From contig NC_069001.1 in assembly GCF_001194135.2 (NCBI RefSeq), positions 37,662,429-37,703,819 on the forward strand: a stretch of DNA of 41,391 nt. The letters run 5' to 3'. The first letter of the stretch is position 1; the number at the start of each line of letters is the position of its first letter. A program made the translations under genes and the position numbers. Below the pieces are notes generated by a model, which had not been told where the DNA came from, did no database searches, and saw only the letters and a program-made list of their open reading frames with translations. Below, piece after piece: positions 33,359 through 41,391 of this stretch. This DNA is from Octopus bimaculoides. Lineage: Eukaryota.

Positions 33359-34569
33359 CGTCTTTGTTAATGCATTCTCTACAAAAAAGGTAATTCGTCA
33401 AACCTGTATTGATTCTTGCAGAAAAAGAACTATATTAATATTGAGTCGTTTGTCTGTTATTTTGCACAAGACTTTGTAACATCTAGATGGATATAATTTC
33501 AGCTATTGGGAGTAAAGTGACCACTCGTTTATTTTGAACCCAGCTAAATAATACTGTTTTAACCATTTCAAAAACTTGTTACCCCTCCACCAATAATCCA
33601 ACATGATGTTTGTGTTCTGTAAATATTGCTTTATTAATCTCAGCAACCATATTTTTTATCACTTAATTACATTGGCAATCTAATATGGCAGTATTAGTTC
33701 GCTTAAGGAGTTGTTGTTAAGTGGATCCTTCTTTGCCTTTTGCAGAATGGTAAACATTTGAACCAGACTGCTGGGACCAACCCTAGCTTTATGATACAAG
33801 ATCACTGTTTGAAAGTGATTTATATTAAAATCTTCAACCAAAATTTCATATTACTTTGATCTTTAACACCAGCTTAATAATGACAATTATCTTACTAACT
33901 TCTTCATTATTTTCAAAATTAATTCAAACCAAAGCAGTGGATTTGATCAGAAGTCTGATGCTAAAACAGTTAAACTTCACCATGGTGCATGACAATCTTC
34001 TCCTGTCCATTGACTTCCTGTAAATTAGGAAAATATTTTTACTAAAATGGAAGCTGTTTTAAATAAAAATTTCTTTCTCCATATCAGTCTCTCTGTGTGG
34101 CTATTCCTTGTTGAATGTCCCCATTTTCATCTTTCAATATACAGTTTTGTGTTGCTTTTACAATTGATACATCTACACCACCACCTTCCACCCTTGCTCA
34201 TCACTCACCACGTTAACCTCTACTTCCACCTGTTTCTTCCTCACTCACAGTATTTTATCTGCCACTACGTTCTGAGTTCAAATTCTACCGAGGTTGACTT
34301 TGCCTTTAGACAAAACAAGATGCACGGATCATTCACAGCCAATTGCTTCCTCAGTCGGAATCTGGAATGTCCGTGTAGTTTCGCCCAATACTTTATTATT
34401 AGAACTGCAAAAACCTCACAAGAATATCACAAAATAACTACTACTCAGAGTTTCACATTCTCGTTTGTCAAACAAGATCAAGAATGGAATAAAAATTGGG
34501 ATTGTCCATTTAATGTATAGTTTGATACGATTCAAATTGACATATTTTATTCCATTCTTGATCACAACT

Positions 34570-34720
34570 TCCCGACGAACAGCAAAGTGAAACTCTGAGC
34601 AGCAGTTTTTTGTAATGTTTACAGCTTTAATAATAAAGCATATTACTCTACCTCCGGTAATCAAGTACTATTTTTCCCCCCCACCTTGTTTTACATTTAT
34701 GTGCTTGCTCAGGTATATAT
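34570..34720 (+). mobile_element. Repeat family G copy
   Basis: AATAAAGCATATTACTCTACCTCCGGTA..ATTTATGTGCTTGCTCAGGTAT. Confidence 0.6.
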
Positions 34721-35094
34721 CTATAAACCAAGTTGTTTTGATATAGACATAACGGTCTTCAGCTACATGAATCGTTCTCAAGACACGTATTTCACAATAA
34801 ATATTAGACTCAATAAATGGATGAAAACTTTTATTTTGAATCCTCCTAACACATTCCCATCCTGCTTTTCTAAGAGAATGTGTGTGTGTATGTGTTAGTT
34901 CTAGTTATATATATTGTATATATACTCAAATACCCAAAATTTCAAGGAGTTCCTGCATTAAAAACAGGAACAACACCAAAGTTATTTTGTGTTCTTTGCT
35001 ACATTGGTTTCTATTAACCCATTTATTCTATCCGAAGAATTTTTATTCATTAAGATAGAAGAAATACATATAATTTAATATATATATACATCTT

Positions 35095-35460
35095 GTATAT
35101 TTTTTACTTGTTTTAGTTATTAAGATTGCAGCCATGCTGGGGCACCACCTTAAATAATTTTTAGTCGAATGATTCGAACCTAGGATATATTCTTTTAAAG
35201 CTTGGTTATTCAGTTGGTGTCTTCCGCCAAGCCGCTAAGTTACAGGAACATAAACAAACCAACACCATTTGTCCAGCAATGAGGGGGGGGGCGAACACAG
35301 ACACACACACATATACATATACAATGGGCTTCTTTCAGTTTCCGTCTATCATATCCACTCGCAAAGCTTTGGTCAGCCCAAGGTGCCACACAGTGGGACT
35401 GAATCCAGAACTATGTGGTCGGGAAGCAAACTTCTTACCACTTAGCCATGCTTGCACCTA
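35095..35460 (-). mobile_element. Composite SINE D+F
   Basis: Same D-microsatellite-F layout as 24331-24632. Confidence 0.8.
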
Positions 35461-35535
35461 AATACACACTTTTGGCTAAACGGGAATAATCCATCTCAAC
35501 ATGTTGCTATAGACACTCGCCTCTCAACGTTGCTA

Positions 35536-35595
35536 TCAAATGACCTAAATAGCGCAATGAACATCCAATAATTCTACTTCCGTTCCGGAAGTATC
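35536..35595 (+). promoter_or_regulatory. ZNF unit 2 promoter module (partly decayed)
   Basis: CAATGAACATCCAATAATTCTACTTCCG is nearly identical to unit 1; the E-box reads TCAAATGAC and the first CCAAT reads GCAAT. Confidence 0.6.
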
Positions 35596-36541
35596 TCAGC
35601 TTCGCTACTTCCACCTCCAATCAATATTCCAGTAAAGATTGTTATTTATTCCAAACAAATTCCAGTGTTGTTGTCTAACTCCGTGTTCCGTGAAATATCT
35701 TGACGTCCATCTGCAGTAGTCACAACGTTTCGAAACCTACCAGGTATTTATTGTATTCAACTGTCTTTTTTTTTTTTCGTTTACACATATATGTATGTGT
35801 GTTTGTATGTATATATATATATATATATATNNNNNNNNNNNNNNNNNNNNNNNNNNNNNNNNNNNNNNNNNNNNNNNNNNNNNNNNNNNNNNNNNNNNNN
35901 NNNNNNNNNNNNNNNNNNNNNNNNNNNNNNNNNNNNNNNNNNNNNNNNNNNNNNNNNNNNNNNNNNNNNNNNNNNNNNNNNNNNNNNNNNNNNNNNNNNN
36001 NNNNNNNNNNNNNNNNNNNNNNNNNNNNNNNNNNNNNNNNNNNNNNNNNNNNNNNNNNNNNNNNNNNNNNNNNNNNNNNNNNNNNNNNNNNNNNNNNNNN
36101 NNNNNNNNNNNNNNNNNNNNNNNNNNNNNNNNNNNNNNNNNNNNNNNNNNNNNNNNNNNNNNNNNNNNNNNNNNNNNNNNNNNNNNNNNNNNNNNNNNNN
36201 NNNNNNNNNNNNNNNNNNNNNNNNNNNNNNNNNNNNNNNNNNNNNNNNNNNNNNNNNNNNNNNNNNNNNNNNNNNNNNNNNNNNNNNNNNNNNNNNNNNN
36301 NNNNNNNNNNNNNNNNNNNNNNNNNNNNNNNNNNNNNNNNNNNNNNNNNNNNNNNNNNNNNNNNNNNNNNNNNNNNNNNNNNNNNNNNNNNNNNNNNNNN
36401 NNNNNNNNNNNNNNNNNNNNNNNNNNNNNNNNNNNNNNNNNNNNNNNNNNNNNNNNNNNNNNNNNNNNNNNNNNNNNNNNNNNNNNNNNNNNNNNNNNNN
36501 NNNNNNNNNNNNNNNNNNNNNNNNNNNNNNNNNNNNNNNNN

Positions 36542-36660
36542 CACTCGCCGAGTAATGGAACTCACTCGCCGAGTAATGGAACTCACTCGCCGAGTAATGG
36601 AACTCACTCGCCGAGTAATGGAACTCACTCGCCGAGTAATGAAATCGACTCACCGAGTGA
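36542..36660. repeat. 21-bp CpG-rich minisatellite running into a gap
   Basis: (CACTCGCCGAGTAATGGAACT) x4 perfect plus 2 degenerate copies, next to about 710 N. Confidence 0.95.
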
Positions 36661-37649
36661 AGAAAAACTTGAGAAATCAACTATAACAGTTTATATCGAT
36701 TAGAGACCACCATTTGGAGAATATCATTTTCAAAACCAATGTGAAACGAACTTTATTCCTTCAGGTTAATATTATTAAAATACTTTTTCAAATAACATTT
36801 ATTTTGGCCTTTTTGTCAACCTCTAAAATGTGGGAGTTTATTTTGCCGCTCTCACTCGTTATAACTACAGTTTGTTGCTGCCAACCTCATCAATTTTTCC
36901 CCTTGTTCTTGAAATTACATTTTGTTTTTCCTTCAGTACTTTCAAAATGATATTTGGTAGACACATTTCCAGCTCAGGGTTTAAAAAAACGTAAAGGGAT
37001 TAAATTGACCGGAAGTGAAGACAGTGACCGCCCATGCACTGGTACCAGCCAAAATTTCTTTAGCTTTTGGTTCAAATCCATCGTTTACAATTAGTATTGT
37101 TTTCACAGATGACAAGAAATAACCATATTTAGGACCAGCAGCTCAAAGTTCATCCCTCATTTTTTTTTTTTTTTTTCCTGCAGAGGAACTGCATACCAAT
37201 ATTGTTTACACATTTCTGAACCTCCAGTGTTTGCTCGTTAGTTTGTTGGGGGCTTGGTACCTAGACCATAAAGACCCATGGCAGGGACTTCAATTTGGGT
37301 ACAACCTTCAGATGAAAATAAATTTACCATTTCTCACCAGGAATGATGAGTTTTGCAGGTTTTTGATAAGTGTTGAGTGGGATATTGTTAAAAAGGGGAA
37401 CATAGCTGTTTTATGTTCTTCAGTGCAGTTTTCAGATTGTTAAAAGCATTTTAAGCATCTCCCAGAAGCCTCACTGTTATCTTCTTCAAATGCTTGTCTC
37501 AATACATGTGTTGATGCTTCTAGGCCAGATCCCAATCCTGTACATGTTTGCAATGGAGCCACTGCTAAAATAGATGTCTTCTTTAATCACTGATGTAATT
37601 TTAATAGAAAATTTAGAAGGAAAGCTCTAGTTAAAGTTTACAGTTTATG

Positions 37650-37980
37650 AAGGCACATGGCTCAGTGGTTAGAGCTTCAGGCTCACAATCATGAGGTAGT
37701 GAGTTTGATTCCTAGACCGGGCTGTGTGTTGTGTTCTTGAACAAGACCTTTTATTTCACTGTGTTCTAGTTCACTCAGTTGTAGAAATGAGTTATGGCAT
37801 CATTGGTGCCAAGCTGTATCAGCCTCTTTGCCTTTCTTTTGGATAACATTAGCAGCATGGGGAGGGGAGGGGAGGCTGGCATGCATGGATGACTCTTGGC
37901 CTTCCATGCTCAACTTGTGCCTTGGACGGGAACTTTCTAGATGCAATCCCATGGTCATTCATGAGCAAAAGGGGTCTTTT
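37650..37980 (+). mobile_element. tRNA-derived SINE with a family E-like head
   Basis: TGGCTCAGTGGTTAGAG..GTTTGATTCCTAGACCGGG..GTGTTCTTGAACAAG. Confidence 0.65.
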
Positions 37981-38412
37981 ACAGTTTATCAATATAGAAA
38001 TACAGTGATACGTCCTCAATTTATTTCCCCTTTTTAAGTTGTACTGTGTATTTTTCACTGTTGGTTCTCTATTTTTAAATATCCTCTATATTTTCTACTG
38101 TTTCTCTATTATTTCAGGGATATCAGATGACATTGGCATAAAAGAATTCTTTCCTGCAGATTGTATCATATCTTTAAAGACTAAAGGAAGATATAGAGAA
38201 TTGTTGTAATCTGTTTATTATAGAAATATTTCTTCTGAACCGAGGTTATTTGCAGATTTTCTCAAATTCGTTTGGAGTGCATATTCAACAGTAGGTTGCA
38301 ATACAGTATAGATTGTACAGAAGAAAAACATCCATAATTTGAAGACATATTACAGAAAATGGATTGTGTGAGACCAAAAAGCTGATCTTATGAGATTGAT
38401 TTTTCTGGTGAG

Positions 38413-38930
38413 AAACTGAGAAAGAAATCAAAGAAACATCATATCACTGTGGCATTACAAAATGTCAGTCTCAAAAGTTAAACTGATTAAATATATTCAT
38501 TGGAAAAGGAAGCAAAACCACTGTAATGTATGTGATAAATAACTCTTTAGAAATGATGCTTTAGGCATTCACAAACGTATTCATACAAGCAAAACACTGT
38601 ATCACTGTGATGTCTGTGGAAACCATTCTCTTTTCAAAAGAGCCTTTAATAGGCAAAAACTTATTCATACAGGTGAGCAGCCATAAAGTAGATAGTTGTG
38701 GTAAATCATTCTCTCAAAGATATGCTTTATGTAGGCACAAATGTATACATACAAACAAGAAGCCATATCAATGTCATATCTGTGGTAAATCATTCTACAC
38801 TGAAAATGCCTTAACTCAACACAAGTGTTTGCCGTATCTCTGTGGATTTGGCAGTAAGTTATACTTTGCAAATAATTACTTAACTGGACACAGACATGCT
38901 CCCGTCTTTGATCAAGCTTTCCCAATATAA
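38413..38930 (+). pseudogene. C2H2 zinc-finger pseudogene (unit 2), about 5 decayed fingers
   Basis: HKRIHT, YHCDVCG, CGKSFSQ and YQCHICGKSF remnants; stops at 38540 and 38684, frameshifts; the position of the unit 1 ATG reads AAA (38413); no finger is intact. Confidence 0.88.
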
Positions 38931-39204
38931 TCATACTTTGATTCCACCTGTATATAATCATACAGATCAATAATTATCAATACTAAGTCATTTACTTGTA
39001 ATTTTATATACAATTTATAAACAATGAAAGCCTAATAAAGATAGTTCTTAATAATAATTGGTAACAATGTGACCTTGTTGCTATTTGGAACTTCTTCAAC
39101 AAAATGATCCTCTTACTGTGGGCTGAACCATTCTAAAGACCCATTGTAATGTTACTTGTCCTAAACTGCCATTCTACTTGTGATGACAGCATTCGATGCC
39201 ATGG

Positions 39205-39430
39205 CTTGACCTTTTAGTGTTTAAGCCAGCTATATCTAGTCAAAATACTTTACCTGTTTTATCTTCAAGCTGGTCAGATATGGTCTTTCATAGCTACCTT
39301 ATATTGTCATTTTTGAAAAAGTAATCACATCATTGAAATCTCAAAGCCATCAAATGATGCCGGATTAATTTAAAATGGTGTGAATACATAATCTTTACAT
39401 TTGATCGAATAATCAGAATGCTGAATGTTG
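39205..39430 (+). mobile_element. MITE-like repeat, same family as about 2150-2310
   Basis: Shared AATCACATC.TTGAAATCTCAAAGC and TTCAA.CTGG.CAGAT blocks. Confidence 0.55.
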
Positions 39431-39579
39431 GTAGATCCACTTATACTCTTCAATCCTAACCCCTTGCTTGGAAATAAATCAAGGAAATGTTGTTTTTTAT
39501 TAAAAAGGAGAATACTATGGAAAATAAAACTTCCTTACCACTTTTCAATCTTTTGTGTTGACTTTTTCCACAAAAGTTG

Positions 39580-39730
39580 TGGCCATGTGGTTAAGAAGTT
39601 TGCTTCCAAACCAAATGGTCTAGGGTTCAGTCCTACTGTGTGATGCCTTGGATAAGTGTCTTCTTCAATAGCCCTAGGATGAGCAAAGCTTTGTGAGTGG
39701 ATTTGGTTGATGGAAACTGAATGAAGCCCC
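39580..39730 (+). mobile_element. SINE family D
   Basis: GTGGTTAAGAAGTTTGCTTCC..GGGTTCAGTCC..GTGAGTGGATTTGG..GGAAACTGAA. Confidence 0.85.
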
Positions 39731-40094
39731 TTGGTCATTTAACATCCATTCTCTATATTGGCATGGGTTGGACAGTGTCATGTATATGTGTGTGTGTGTA
39801 TCTCTCTCCCTCTCTTGTTCTTCCTCCTTTCTGTTTTTCTCTCCCACTCTTTCCCTATTCTTCTCTCCCTTTCACCGTTCCCTCTCTCTCACTCTTCCTC
39901 CTTGACCCTCTCATCGCTGACACGTGACGAAAGGGGGTCTCTCTTTCTGCCCACTGTCTTCCTGTTTTGCTGTCACATACATTGAAAGCATGCGAAATAA
40001 CCTGGAAACGAAAAAAACCCTCAAAACAAAATTCCATTGCTGGTAAACTCAGAGTTACCTGGCGACTCAACAGGTCAAGGGTAATCTAGTATAT

Positions 40095-40300
40095 ATCATC
40101 ATCATCGTTTAACGTCCGCTTTCCATGCTAGCATGGGTTGGACGATTTGACTGAGGACTGGCGAACCAGATGGCTGTACCAGGCTCCAATCTGATCTGGC
40201 TGAGTTTCTACAGCTGGATGCCCTTCCTAATGCCAACCACTCAGAGAATATAGTGGGTGCTTTTACGTGCCACCAGCACGAGGGCCAGTCACACGGTACT
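40095..40300 (-). mobile_element. RTE-type tail element, family C
   Basis: CATCATCGTTTAACGTCCGCTTTCCATGCTAGCATGGGTTGGACG; close to the 8205 copy. Confidence 0.88.
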
Positions 40301-40340
40301 GGCAATATATATATATATATATATGATGCGTGTGTGTGTG

Positions 40341-40431
<91 letters not shown>

Positions 40432-40950
40432 GTATGTGTGTATATAGAATAATAAAACAAACGAAGAAAAAAACAATTCCTTCAAAGGGATGTAAAACAT
40501 CCAATTCACTGGTGCAGCGGTTGAATGCCACAGAAAAAAGGGGTAGAAATATAAATATTAAATGAAATAGAAAAATACAATTGACAAACGAACAATTTAT
40601 TTACATTATAATATAATATAAGATGTCATATTATATTTTTCATAGTATATTATAATGTAAATAAAGTGTTAGTTTTTCAATTGTATTCCTCTAGTTCATT
40701 TAACATAGCTAGATATATTCAACAGAGTGTGAGGTAACAATCCAATTACGTCTCTGAATTTCAAAGAGTTAACAAAACTTTTGAAGCAGAAACACAAGAC
40801 CCCATTAATTATTGAATACTTTTCAGCATTTCCCTGCTTCACTGAGTTCAATAATTATAATGCTGGGAAAGAAACTAAATGGTACTGTTTAAAATTATAT
40901 TCTGTAGAGAAATTCACACACGCGCGCGCATCTATAGTGCAATAGGTATT

Positions 40951-41211
40951 GTCACATGACCTAAACCTACCAATAAAATTCAACTTCCGCTTCTGTTATT
41001 TATTCCGTTCGATTCCAGTGTTTCTGTGAGTCCAATTCCATTGACAAAGCATATTTAACCATTTATTTTGACGTCCACCTACACTATTTGCACACACACA
41101 AAACAATCTCCAACATTTCTTAACCAACAACTGGAAGCTAATAATGGACAGAGACCAAGCTACTTCTCCACCAATTCAAACATCGGCGTTACTCTCTTAG
41201 AATTATACGAG
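40951..41211 (+). promoter_or_regulatory. ZNF unit 3 promoter and probable first exon
   Basis: GTCACATGAC, CCAAT, ACTTCCG; 41064-41220 aligns with 30646-30790 (TTTATTTTGACGTCCAC..CAACATTTCTTAACCAACAA..TAGAATTATACGAG|GTAT). Confidence 0.7.
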
Positions 41212-41391
41212 GTATCTTTTTAGTTTCATGTTATTTCCATTTCTTCGTACGTCAATAAATTATGTTTGTTCTTATTCGATCAAACAATCTACATTTCGTA
41301 GATCTGAGGCGGGACTAAACGGCAACAACATTAACAACCACACATTGAGAGGGGGCTATACGTGCTAGAAATAGCAGTCAGATCTTCCCTC

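Noticed and set aside
35720-35740. Minus-strand CGAAACGTT as a hammerhead half
   Set aside because: There is no CUGANGA at a suitable distance.
36542-36660. CRISPR-like array
   Set aside because: The repeats are head-to-tail with no unique spacers, there are no cas genes, and the context is eukaryotic.
8377-36703. Many long ORFs in the track (YIYI, VCVC, HTHT, poly-X)
   Set aside because: They are translations of microsatellites and N gaps, not genes.
38607-38930. 107-aa functional ZNF protein
   Set aside because: It starts out of register with the finger frame, and neither finger has all four zinc ligands.

Overview
AT-rich, repeat-dense eukaryotic DNA with many microsatellites and 12 assembly gaps, most flanked by (TA)n. 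The repeat content and clustered C2H2 genes suggest an octopus (coleoid cephalopod); this is my inference, not a database result. Two gene systems lie head-to-head. (1) Minus strand: the 5' end of a long-type ABCC/MRP transporter gene. Five phase-0 coding exons (23553-23500, 4519-4361, 3559-3443, 1963-1832, 975-877) rebuild the TMD0 domain; intron 1 is about 19 kb and full of TEs, and the gene runs off the left edge. (2) Plus strand: a tandem array of about 5.3-kb C2H2 zinc-finger units. Unit 1 has an intact 457-aa ORF (31985-33358), unit 2 is a pseudogene (38413-38930), and only the promoter and first exon of unit 3 are in the window (from about 40950). All three units share an E-box/CCAAT/ETS promoter module; units 1 and 2 also share a splice acceptor and a decayed N-terminal leader. 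The rest is several tRNA-derived SINE families, RTE LINE relics, CRE-like retrotransposon fragments, mariner/maT relics, hAT and other MITEs, Penelope-like relics and hammerhead-ribozyme motifs. All alignments were done by eye and repeat boundaries are approximate.
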